Shown: positions 27,230 to 38,137 of the stretch, piece by piece
How positions within the stretch are numbered: the first letter of the stretch is position 1
Layout: each line of letters opens with the position of its first letter
From: Octopus bimaculoides
Taxonomy: Eukaryota
Length of the DNA stretch: 43,035 nt
Direction: 5' to 3'
Assembly: GCF_001194135.2 (NCBI RefSeq)
Contig: NC_068993.1
Coordinates: 24,027,533-24,070,567 of the forward strand
Made by a program: the position numbers and the translations under genes
The notes under the pieces: generated by a model
The model's input: only the letters and a program-made list of their open reading frames with translations
Databases searched by the model: none
What the model was told of the DNA's origin: nothing

Positions 27230-28700
27230 CTATTATGAAGAAAATTAAACTAAAGAAAATTGTGCCAGACGATATTTTGGATTTGCTATGCAGCGGCGAG
27301 ATGAGAAACTGGAGTGCTCATTGTGTAGCGTGAGTGAAAGAAATAAGAAAACTGAAAGAAGAGAGATCAAATAGGAAATTATTACATGCTGTAAACAGAA
27401 AAGGAAGCGTAGACAGAAATGTCATATAAAAAGGAGGGTAAAAAAATGAGGAATTGAAGCAATTTTATGAATCTTACTAACATAAGCAGAATTTATGTCG
27501 ACCAATAAAGAACGATGAAAATTATGCAGGTTTACGCAATATACTTATATTCACAGAAATGTGTGGCATTTCACAGATATTTCAAGCGAAGTTCCGCTAT
27601 TCTTTGAAACCCTTCCTATTCTCAGAAATGAGAAGATTTCTCTATGCTATATCACTTCTTACAGTTCACTTTTTGCTGCATATTCCTCTTACCGTCTTCA
27701 TTTGGTCGAAACAATGCAGCATAACATAACTTTCCCTTTCTTCAAACAACAGAAAGTTACAGCAACACGTTAAATACAACACAGCAAGTTTACAAATAGA
27801 ATTTCGTCGGATATACTTTTCTATAGTATTTCCTTGCATGCTATTTCAAGCTGCTACCAGCCAGTTGTTTACTGCCTCTGACTCTACTAGCCATGATTTT
27901 GGTACTGTTATGTTCGATTTCAATAAAGATTTTGCTAAAAACAACTAGTAACTTTGGCTCGGTTCTACACACCTAGCGTTCCTTCGTGGAAACAAAGCTA
28001 CCTCGATAAATAACAAAAACATTGATCCTATAATCGGATACACATTATTGTATAATCTATGTGGCATCTTCAAATTCACTCATCTTTCTTTGTTCATTTG
28101 CAACTACAGACTTGAAAAGCACTTTTTCATCTGACGCAATTGTTTGGATGAATGAATTCGAAGGTGCAAATTATTTAACACCTCCAAATAAATGTGTGAC
28201 TTTGCACTGTAAAGCCAGCAATCTTTCGTCAGTTGCAAAAAATACCACCAAAACAATCTGAGATCATTTTTTTCTACGCAACGCGAACTAAAAAACAATA
28301 GTAATCAACAACCGCAAATCTCAACACTGCCATGCCTGAGAAACAGGTTGTCATCATTTTCAGGAGGAACATTGAAGAACGGTTTCTCATTATTGCTCTT
28401 TTAAAATTATCAAATTACGAAGAAATCAATGACCAGAAATTTGCTTCATACCAGTGATTTCATTTGCATACCATTTGAATTCTACTAAACGCTCGGCCAG
28501 ATTTCTGCCATCCTCTTCGATCCAGTCATCCTTGCTACATCAACCAGGTATACGCCCGTCACAGTCTTACCTGCATATTTTCTTCCTTTCAACAGCAACG
28601 GATTCGTGCATCGCAATTTAGTATTATTCAGATTCGTTCCCATAAAACATGCCACTATCTACGCCACTGCTGTCACACAAGTATTTCCACGCACACTATG
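27230..28700 (+). pseudogene. possible very decayed PIF/Harbinger remnant
   Basis: Weak plus-strand peptides EKISLCYITSYSSL, FYSISLHAI and AKNTTKTI*DHFF fall in the order expected for a Harbinger transposase. Suggestive only. Confidence 0.25.
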
Positions 28701-28979
28701 TTAACAAAGTAACTTGCAATGAGACATTCATACATATTTAATTTGTTTTTGAATTTAAACTAGCTACGAAAAATTTAAAGAACAATTCATTAGCGAACAG
28801 TTTGCCTCATAACATTACATTGTAATACATTTTGTATATTATTATTTCTGCAATCTTTTATGACTCTTCTACACATACTATTTGTAAAATTCAAAACATT
28901 TATGAACTGGCTTGAACAATTTCATATTTTTCTTCTGCTAAGTGTTATTTGTATATTTTATTCAATATTTGGCAACATT

Positions 28980-29191
28980 AAGACGGTGAGCTGACAAAAT
29001 CGATAGAACGCCGAGTAAAATGCTTAGCGATATTTGGTCTGTTTTTAAGTTCTGAGTTCAAATTCTGCCGAGGTCAATTTTACCTTTCATCCTTTTGGGT
29101 TAAATAAAATAAGTACCAGTTGAGTCCTGGGGTCGATGTAATCGAATTAAAACCTCCTATTGCGTTGCTGAACTTGTACCAAAATGTTGCA
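28980..29191 (+). mobile_element. SINE family 2, full length, with perfect 18-bp TSD
   Basis: gacggtgagctgacaaaatcgatagaacgccg...gagttcaaattctgccgagg...ataagtaccagttgagtcctggggtcgatgtaatcga. TSD tcaatatttggcaacatt at 28962-28979 and 29192-29209. Confidence 0.92.
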
Positions 29192-31111
29192 TCAATATTT
29201 GGCAACATTGATAAAAAATCATTGAAACAAGAAATTGATTTTACTTAAACGTCTACTGTTGATCAGATTTAGTCTTGGCTATATCTCTAAACTCAGTTAT
29301 AACGTCTACATACATTTTTTCAGCAATCACTTTTAACATTACTTTTTGGTAGGTGTTGGCAGACAATATAATTTTAATATTTACAAGATCTTTAGCAATA
29401 TTCTAGAAAATTTCAGTGAACCCCCAAAACTCTTAAAATTTAGATCCTTTTCTAGATTTTTATTTTTGCGGACGAAGGCTATGTGCCTTCAGACCCCCTT
29501 TAATAAGATGTTTCTCATCATTCCACTTTCTCTGTCAGAGATTATTCTTGTCATACTAGAAGTCTTTGTCTCAAGGTTCTCCTTTTGACAATTTCATCAT
29601 TCATCAATTCACACATAGAAAAATATTAGAATGTGTATTTTATGTATGTTAAAATGTTTAGTGATATTGATAAACGTTGTTGAAAATAATTCTTTCTTCT
29701 GAATATATTATTGCTATTGATTATTTAACGTGCCAATCATAAAACAACCACAAATGTTTACAAGGTGGTTCCATTAGTTAGAATAGAATATTTGTATTTG
29801 TTATACTGATTACACTCGAGTCGACTAATTCGTGAGACATTCATTAAAATTGAATCAACACCTGTACGGTGTGTGCTTCATTTTATTTAGTGCCGTGTTA
29901 GTTTCTCAACTTAACGCTCTTATCATCGTCACTGTTAGACACATTTGTCTTCAATTACGCATATTCGTGTTATGCGTGCCCTCATTTTAACACTAGATTT
30001 GAAGTTCATACTATTGCGGCACCTTTTTACCTTTTATTCTGACACTGATATTAGTGATTTCTTTATTATGATCGACTGTATGCTTCACTAGAGTTAAGTT
30101 AGACCTAACTAGACACAGTACCTTTTCTGAAGATACTAATGAAGCTGCGCTTCCATAAATACAATTAAACATATCTATTGAATTTTTACCACTATATGCA
30201 AGGGGAAGCCAAAATTAAAATGCGTCCAAAAATATACGTAATGAAAGATATCATATATTACGCTTAACTCTCAAGCTGCAGAGATTGATAATTGTAGGTA
30301 ATTAATTGAATTCACATTGTTGGAGATAAATTGTGAGATTGTTGTATATTATTAACGTTAAGATATTCGAAGCGATATTACTCGTGTATGAATTATTTGG
30401 TATAATGATAAATCAATGTCCGTACTATTCTGTTCAAGCTATTTTATCATGTTTCAATCATGACAATATATATGGAAGAATTGTGTGATGTAATATATTC
30501 TTCCCATACTTAAGGGTTTTAAGTGCATTCACGTGGCAGAAAGAGGCTTCACAGTGTTTTGTAGCTACGACAATATAAGGAAGTGTTTAAAACCCAGTTC
30601 ATACGTTTTACTGAGCAGAGTAGATTCATTTCTGATCACTAACTTGTATATCCGTTTCGTATTACTATATACGCCCACTTTATATTCTTTGTAAGCTTAG
30701 TACTTATTCTATTGGTCTCATTTTGTCGAACCACTAAGTTACGGGGACGTAAACACACCAACGTCGGTTGTCATGCATGGTGAGTGGGGACAAACACAAA
30801 CACACAAATACATATATATACGACGGGTTTCTTTCAGTTTCCGTCNNNNNNNNNNNNNNNNNNNNNNNNNNNNNNNNNNNNNNNNNNNNNNNNNNNNNNN
30901 NNNNNNNNNNNNNNNNNNNNNNNNNNNNNNNNNNNNNNNNNNAACACAAACACACAAATACATATATATACGACGGGTTTCTTTCAGTTTCCGTCTGCCA
31001 TATCTACTCACAGAGCTTTGGTCGCCCTGTGGCCATAGTAGAAGAGACTTGCCCAAGATACCACGCAGTGGGTTTGAACCCAGTACCCTGTGGTTGGGAA
31101 GCAAGCTTCTT

Positions 31112-33298
31112 TATTTCAACAAATTTGCCACAAAGACATTACATAGATAGAAGCAAATGCGGGCTGGACAACAACACAAGTGAAATGAATGATGAGCAAA
31201 ATAATGATATTTATAAGGGAAGCAGACGACGCCTGCGGATCGATGCTTTTCGAAAACATTGTCGTTTTTTCTCTTTCATAAAACCAATTGAGGTTATAAA
31301 TCTTTTACTATAGTTCATTGGGACACAAGGTCCTTCCAAATGAGACGCTAAGCCTCTTACATTTTTCACAAATGGACTCCACGTCTTTACCAAATGAGGC
31401 ACTAAGTCTCTTACCTTTTTTACAACACGAGGCATTAAAACCTCTTACTTCCATGCCCGACCAGGCACACTGCCTCATTCAAGCACCAGGACGGTGCCAA
31501 GTCGGGACACTTTACTATGAATTTAAATATATCCTCGGGGAAGGAGTTCATTATCCTGCACAAATCGGTTTCCCTATGACCTACGCAACCACCTGCGGAG
31601 GCCAATCAGGGTCCTCAGTACAGGACAGAACACCTTCCCTCCGGCTATTTTTTTCACCTTCTTTACAAAGCTTTCTAAAGCCCCTCCCTTGTGAAAGAGG
31701 ATTACAAATTCCTCGTCTATCACATAAGAAGGGGCCACAGTTGCATCCGTCGGTGGCTCAGTTCCCACCGACGAGGTTTCGGGACATGCCGACAGTGTGT
31801 TAGTATCTCCAGCAATCCCCGTTTTTCTTCTTTCTTTTTTCTTTTGTCACGGGAGGGTGGAGTTCTTCCGTTTTGTCCGGAAGATTCCCTTCCCTCCCGC
31901 AGTCTTAGGATCATTCGGTGGGCAACCATTTCCACCCACCTTCTTCGTCCTTCGGCCCTTTTTCGTCGAGGAGGCCGCCACCTCCTCGACCATCTCCCTC
32001 TCTCCCTCCAAACGAGGAGTGGGGAACTCTTCCTCAACTAACTGCTCTTGGATCCTTATCTGATCCTGTGGACAGTTCTTTTTTATGTAGCCTGGTTCCA
32101 GGCACAGGTGACACTTGGGGGGCGTCCCTCAAGTATCACCGGATACCTGCTCCCGGCCATAGTCAGAAATCTGGGAAGACCAGATTCTTAGCTGATTGGG
32201 TCCACAGGGTAAAAACAGCTTTTGACCCAACCAAATCAGCTTCCGGCAACATTTTAACATTAAGTAGCATGGGTCCCCTGCCACCCAGTCTCCAGCGGAT
32301 AGTGTCCTCTATCCACTCGGGCACCATCCCCGGTGGCAACCTGCAGACCCAAACTCTCCTCAACTTTTCCCCACAATAATTGGGGAAAAACAGAATCTTC
32401 TTGCTCTCAAAGAGCTGCCTCACAAACTTGCGAGCCACTTCAGGAGTGTCAAATAGCAGCCATACCGTTGGATACTTGACACCCCTAGAAATAAACTTTA
32501 TAGTTGGCAGATGCTCTGCCAACTCTTTCTCTGTTTCGATTGTGGAAAAGATGCTGATGGTGTCGAGTAACTTTGAATATGTCCTCAACACCACCGACGT
32601 TTCCTCTCTAAGTCGTTTAACCACTGTTTGCGTGGGACAATCGTCCACTCCATCACAGTGTTCGTTTTTTCTGCCATGTTTTGAAAGAAGACAGGCTCAC
32701 ACAAAAATGTTCAAATAAAACACAAAAAAGGAAAGAAGGAAGAAGGAAGAAGGAAAGAAAACAGTCCAAAACCCCAGTGACTTCAATCTTCCGACCAACT
32801 GGTAATCCCCGGCAACTGATTTAGCAACAGGAACAAAGCAACCGGAACAAAGCTTCACAAATTTCACCAACAAATTGATACAAAAACTGTAAAAAATTTC
32901 CACAATTCTTGGAGGTGGGACACGCCCCCAAAATACTGCTTACAATCTTCTGGCCATCAGTACTCCAGGCCAGCCAAATAGTAGCAGGAACACAGCAACA
33001 GGAACACAAAAACAACGTTCACAATTTTTGTGGGAGGGACACGTCTCCAAAACAACACACTTCTCACCGCTAATTGAGATACTCATGACTAACTGTAAGG
33101 CAGACAAATGCCCGGAATCCAGTGAGGATTTATTGCGTGAAAAGAAAAAATAAACACCAAACAACAAACCCCCATTGAATCCCAAAACGCAAAAGTCTTA
33201 CCTTGCAGTTGACCTTCACTAGTTCAATAATTCACGACGCTGCGCACCAGTGTTATGACAACTCTGAGCGTAAAGAAAACACTGATACACGCATGCGC
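31112..33298 (-). mobile_element. ORF1-only (HAL1-like) non-autonomous retroelement bounded by a 15-bp TSD
   Basis: TSD ggaagcaagcttctt at 31097-31111 and 33299-33313. CpG-rich 5' end, one long gag/ORF1-like frame and an A-rich 3' end (..GAAATAA|AAG). No APE or RT motifs found. Confidence 0.8.
31400..32677 (-). pseudogene. L1/Tx1-type ORF1-like protein with CX2CX4(H>Y)X4C zinc knuckle, about 400 aa when reconstructed
   Basis: ATG in good context (aaaacATGG) at 32677. A frameshift in an A-run joins ORF 32648-32163 (VVLRTYSKL..IKFISRGVKYPTV..PNYCG). Two more 1-nt shifts give LTMAGSRYPVILEGRPP-KCHLCLEPGYIKKNC (knuckle 32113-32072), then an acidic/basic linker and DEEFVILFHKGG..GKVFCPV (ORF 31768-31574, same frame as the knuckle). 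Confidence 0.75.
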
Positions 33299-33509
33299 GG
33301 AAGCAAGCTTCTTACCACAACCACTCCTGCACCTATGTATGTAACCTTTGTATCTCGTTATTCTTTTGTTTATGAGAAGTTATCATATACACATATTTAG
33401 CGCCGTGTCAGTCTGTCAATAGAAAATAGCACAAGAATAACTAGACGTAATTAAGTACAATACATACACACACATACACACACACACCCCCGCACGCCCG
33501 CACACACAC

Positions 33510-33612
33510 GCATACATACATGCATACATACATATATACATACATACATACATACGTACATACATACATACATACATACATACATACATACATACATACA
33601 TACATACGTACA
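33510..33612. repeat. (CATA)n microsatellite
   Basis: Direct reading. Confidence 0.95.
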
Positions 33613-33623
33613 TATACTTCACC

Positions 33624-34645
33624 CGAAAATTTCAGACCTTCCCTACATTGCTGGTATACCCCTGTAAGTCCCTCTTGCAGTGACATCGTTGAAAGATTTA
33701 GCCATTTCTACAAAGTTCTGATGGACATGTTGCAATTCTGACTCAATAACTCTTTTATCTCTCAGACATATTCCCATATTGGCTTATCTCTCCACGACTT
33801 GCCATTTCTAGTTTAGTTTTATAATCATTTAGTTTTATAATCCTGACACTGAGAAGAGCTTTCACATAATCTACTTCTCTTCTGGTTGCTGTGCTAGCAT
33901 CTTTAATCAAGTCATCAACGACTTTCTGTAAATGCTTGACTTGTTGTTCTTTTTGAGTGGAAACTTCTTTGGCCAAATCTTTATCAAGAATTGCACTTTC
34001 CACAATTTGCTGAGCATTTCTTTGTCTTAACCAGATCTGTGCAATTAAGGTTTAGGCCTTCTACAGAGATAATATCAGCATACCTCACTAGCAGCTGTCT
34101 TAACCGCAACACCATACATAGGTGCAGTAGTGGCTGTGGTAACAACACATGTCCATAATGCTTTTACAAAAGCATGTCAATATTATTCTACAATATCACT
34201 CGCGTTTCTAAACCACAGACCTTATAGATTTAACTTGAGAGGAAATTAGCCTCATAATGGATCCCAAAGCATTAATTCGTTTAGAGTATGAATTTTGAAT
34301 TAGAGATGCAAGAGATTTGCTTGACATCACAGTGATCATTGTAATGATAATAATGATAGTGTAATGGCAGAAACATTGCTTGTATAACGAAATAGAGGTG
34401 GGCGTAACATGGTATAATCCTCCATAATCTTGACAAGTTATATTGAATATGCATAAGGTATCTTAATTTATACTTGGGAAAAGTGCCCTGCTATGATATA
34501 GGTATCACTTACTTTTTAATACTTGCACAGTTAAATTGCTTAACTCTGTGACACCAAAGCTGGTTAATGCATTTGTTGCCTCTGACTACTATAGACTGGA
34601 CAGTGGCAGTAATGATAAAAATTGTAATAAGCGTTTACCAGACAT
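33624..34645 (-). pseudogene. decayed intronless reading frame of unknown family, helical/coiled-coil
   Basis: Open segment 34003-33755 (82 aa). Flanking frameshifted segments read as protein: ITCQDYGGLYHVTPTS, SKRINALGSIMRLISSQVK, FVKALWTCVVTTATTAPMYGVAVKTAASEV and RDKRVIESELQHVHQNFVEMAKSFNDVTARGTYRGIPAM. Confidence 0.45.
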
Positions 34646-35253
34646 AATGATTCACGGAGTTAATAGAAAGTATGGTAGGGATTTCAAAGCTCGTCTGTCG
34701 AAGAGAAGAGGGTAGATTCTGGTGACTTACCTACGTCAAATAATCAGACTACGTAGAAGAAGCTAACAGCGATAAAATATTTAGTATGTATAGCGTTAAA
34801 AGTAGTGATAGTAAAGCAGATATCAGAGTGCCTATCTGACATGTTATAGATAGCTTATTTTCTGTAGTAATATTGTGACAAATCTCACCTAATAATTGTT
34901 AAATTAATACAAAGGATATCCAGAATGCATGTATTTAATAAAAGTGCTAGTCAACATCCACTTAATGGATAATCTTTCAGAAAACATGCCTTATAATGAT
35001 ATAATGAAATTACATGTCTATAAGCTGCCTTCTTAACTACATTTGCTAAATTGTAATACAACGCAGTGACTTTCAACTGCAAAGTTACATGTGAATTTAG
35101 ACACTTTTATAAGAAACCATGTACATATATTTTTATGATATATTATTATACAGTTCTCTCTCTATATATATATTTTTATATATGACGTTGACCACTAACG
35201 TGGACATTCAATGTGCTAGAAATAGATCACATCTTGTGTCTAATAAGACCTAA

Positions 35254-35625
35254 ATTGTTCTCAACATGAAATATAGCGTGATACCAAAACGTAAGCGGGC
35301 AAGACATTTAAAATCACGAGACGCAGTAAATATTTTCTGCAGACATATTCCTGGAATTAGCGCGCCAAAACGAAGACTTTTGAATTTTACCATTAAGCTG
35401 TAATTAGCAGAACCATATACACGCGCACCTATGGCGGTGTACAACTTTGTATGGGGTTCTGATGATTATGGTTGCATTACAAATCAGGCTGAAGAGAAAT
35501 AGACAGTCGGTAAGATTGTTAAATTTTGAAACCGGTCCCTGATTAATAATGATTCTTTTCGGTGATTTTAAATGTCTTGCCCGCTTACGTTTTGGTATCA
35601 CGCTATATTTCATGTTGAGAACAAT
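35254..35625. mobile_element. MITE-like element with identical 64-bp terminal inverted repeats
   Basis: 35254-35317 (attgttctcaac...atttaaaatcac) is the exact reverse complement of 35562-35625. The 244-bp spacer has no transposase. Confidence 0.88.
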
Positions 35626-35707
35626 AGGTAACGATAGGTATATGCAATTAGATGAACTGAGGTAGGAATAAAAGTAATAAAAGTCATTATTGTGAGTTGT
35701 TAAAGAG

Positions 35708-35755
35708 ATTCAAAAGCATACCGGTTTCGTAATATTACTAATCATTGCTTTGAAT
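35708..35755 (-). ncRNA. minimal type I hammerhead ribozyme, variant core, in the 3' region of a Penelope element
   Basis: Minus strand ATTCAAAGCA-ATGATTA-GTAATATTAC-GAAA-CCGG-TA-TGCTTTTGAAT parses as stem I, core (CUGAUGA replaced by AUGAUUA), stem II, GAAA, palindromic stem III ACCGGU, GUA cleavage triplet and stem I'. It lies ~240 bp downstream of the GIY-YIG domain on the same strand. Confidence 0.75.
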
Positions 35756-35944
35756 GCACACCGAATACTGAACGGTGTCAGGTTTACTAGTCCCTGAGCA
35801 AAACGATTATGTGTAAGGGAGGTAAGTAGTTCTGGATTTGCTGCAATTAGGGTAGATATAGATCTGTAATATCAATGGTGTATGGGATGTATGGGGGATA
35901 GTTGTATTAAATGGAAGATTAGTAGTGTTCTATATTATGTTATA

Positions 35945-36876
35945 TGTTCATATTTAGTTGTGGAAGATATTTATTGATGAAAGTTGCCTCTTTATTCATT
36001 CTTTATTGTAATGAGGTGTTCTGTGAACATTCATAGGAAGGAAGAATTAGGAAATTAGGATTAAGATTCCTCGCACACCTTTCTATGTGTTCACTGACCT
36101 GTATCTGTCTGTATTGTGGGTGGCGGATTTGTTCTTTGTGGAGAGTGGTTCTTCTACGGAGTGATATTCCTGTTTGGCCAATGTAATTATTACCACACCC
36201 TAAGCATGTAATGGCATAGATTAGATTTTCGGAGCTACAGGTGAAATTTGATTTAATCTTAAATATTTCACCTTGTTTACAGTGGAACTCTGAACCCTCC
36301 AAAAGGTGGAGGCAAGTACCGCAGTTAAGACGACTACATTTTTTCACTTTTGGTTCTGTTTTTAATGAATACAGTCTTACGCTGGTTAATATTTTTTTCA
36401 GTGATTTTAGGTTGCATTTTACTTTTGATCATTTTGTGTGAGTCTAAAATTTTGTTCATTGTTTTATCTTTTGTGAGGATGGGTAAATTTTGGATGATAA
36501 CGTTAAAGGCTTCGTTGTTTCTAGGGTTATGTGTGGAGATGTATGGGAGTATTTTTAAGTCTGGTTTAGAATTTCGGTTGACCTCCCTTAATGTTCGTAT
36601 GTCTATTTCCTTAGCTCATTTAATTCCATCATTCATTAAAGATATTGGGTAATGTCTTTTGATTAGTATTGATCTGAGTTGAAGGAGTCTTCGTTCACAA
36701 GTATTGGGGTCTGAAACTATGGTACAGATTCTTTTCGCTAGATTATAAGTTATATTAATTTTCATATTTGGGGTGGCATGAGTTGAATAATAGGTATTGT
36801 TTAGAATCTGTGGGTTTATAGAAGATGTCTGTTTCTATGTGGTTATTTACTATTTTAATTAAGATGTCAAGAAAAG
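35945..36876 (-). mobile_element. Penelope-like element (Neptune-like) 3' part: RT thumb + GIY-YIG; 5' part lost in gap
   Basis: FLDILIKIVNNHIETDIFYKPTDSKQYLLFNSCHP..YNLARKICTIVSD..HYP..HNP. Then KCSRLNCGTC (CX4CX2C linker)..NFTCSSENLIYAITCLGCGNNYIGQTG..RRRTTLH..VSEH..RMNKEATFINKYLPQLN. Confidence 0.93.
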
Positions 36877-38137
36877 NNNNNNNNNNNNNNNNNNNNNNNN
36901 NNNNNNNNNNNNNNNNNNNNNNNNNNNNNNNNNNNNNNNNNNNNNNNNNNNNNNNNNNNNNNNNNNNNNNNNNNNNNNNNNNNNNNNNNNNNNNNNNNNN
37001 NNNNNNNNNNNNNNNNNNNNNNNNNNNNNNNNNNNNNNNNNNNNNNNNNNNNNNNNNNNNNNNNNNNNNNNNNNNNNNNNNNNNNNNNNNNNNNNNNNNN
37101 NNNNNNNNNNNNNNNNNNNNNNNNNNNNNNNNNNNNNNNNNNNNNNNNNNNNNNNNNNNNNNNNNNNNNNNNNNNNNNNNNNNNNNNNNNNNNNNNNNNN
37201 NNNNNNNNNNNNNNNNNNNNNNNNNNNNNNNNNNNNNNNNNNNNNNNNNNNNNNNNNNNNNNNNNNNNNNNNNNNNNNNNNNNNNNNTATATATATATAT
37301 ATATGCATGCATGCATACATACATACATGCACATGTCTGTATCTATATATGCATTAGTTTCTTAAGATAGCAATCATGATCTATATACAGATTAATTGAC
37401 TATCCATATTCCTCGAGATACTGATCTCTGAGGGATCGATTGGAATGTTACTTGAAATATCAGCAATGTTCGTGCTTAATGAAGTGTCATTAATTTATTA
37501 TATGACCTCAATTAAATTATACAAACATACCGCTGAAAATTAAATTCTTTGAGATTTCGAACTTAGATAATTACAAGAAGACCACTATTAATTAGACGTT
37601 TATAAACTTTAATTAAATTCATGAATATGAAATTGGACCGCTTGTGTGTGTATCTGTATATATACATGTGTATGTGGATGTGTGCATGTGTGTGTTTATG
37701 CGTATGTCTATGGATCATTCAGGAATGCAATATTTAATGGATCTGTTAATGATTAGTTGTTAATTGTTAATATATTGGCTGCGAGCCAATATATTGCTGC
37801 CCCGGTAGAAACAATTATGTATCTTTTCACCGATAGCGTAGTATCATATCATCCATTGACTTTGAAGTTATAGGAGTATATTTTGAAATACAAACCGAGG
37901 CATCGATTACTCTCTTTTACTTCAGGGCAGTTATAACCGATACATGGTGAAGCTCATTCATTTTCCCAAATGGAATGCAATATGCAAATACTATTCAAAG
38001 AGCACCTTGATAATTACGTCTGTGTATAAGTTGTCTTCGGAACAAAGAATGACAAAATTGTATGCGAAAACATTTATAAATGTGTATGCGGTAACTCTCA
38101 CACACTCATCACATGTATGAATTAACTTATATCTAAA

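Larger units (their letters stand above)
30686..33334 (-). mobile_element. SINE family 1 split by a 2.19-kb insertion (body 30686-31111, head 33299-33334)
   Basis: Head aggtgcaggagtggttgtggtAAGAAGCTTGCTTCC at 33334-33299. It resumes after the insert as AAGAAGCTTGCTTCCcaaccacagggtactgggttcaaaccc (B box) at 31111-31071. Confidence 0.9.

Noticed and set aside
30793-30995. 53-bp direct repeat (30793-30845 and 30943-30995) inside a SINE
   Set aside because: The copies abut both sides of an N gap, which is a typical unmerged contig overlap.
31318-32379. Plus-strand ORFs of 116-161 aa over the ORF1-like element
   Set aside because: Antisense shadows of the GC-richer minus-strand coding region; no motifs.
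34688-34730. Minus-strand AG|GTAAGT...pyrimidine tract...CAG as a mini-intron
   Set aside because: Only 36 nt, too short for a typical spliceosomal intron here, and there is no exon context.
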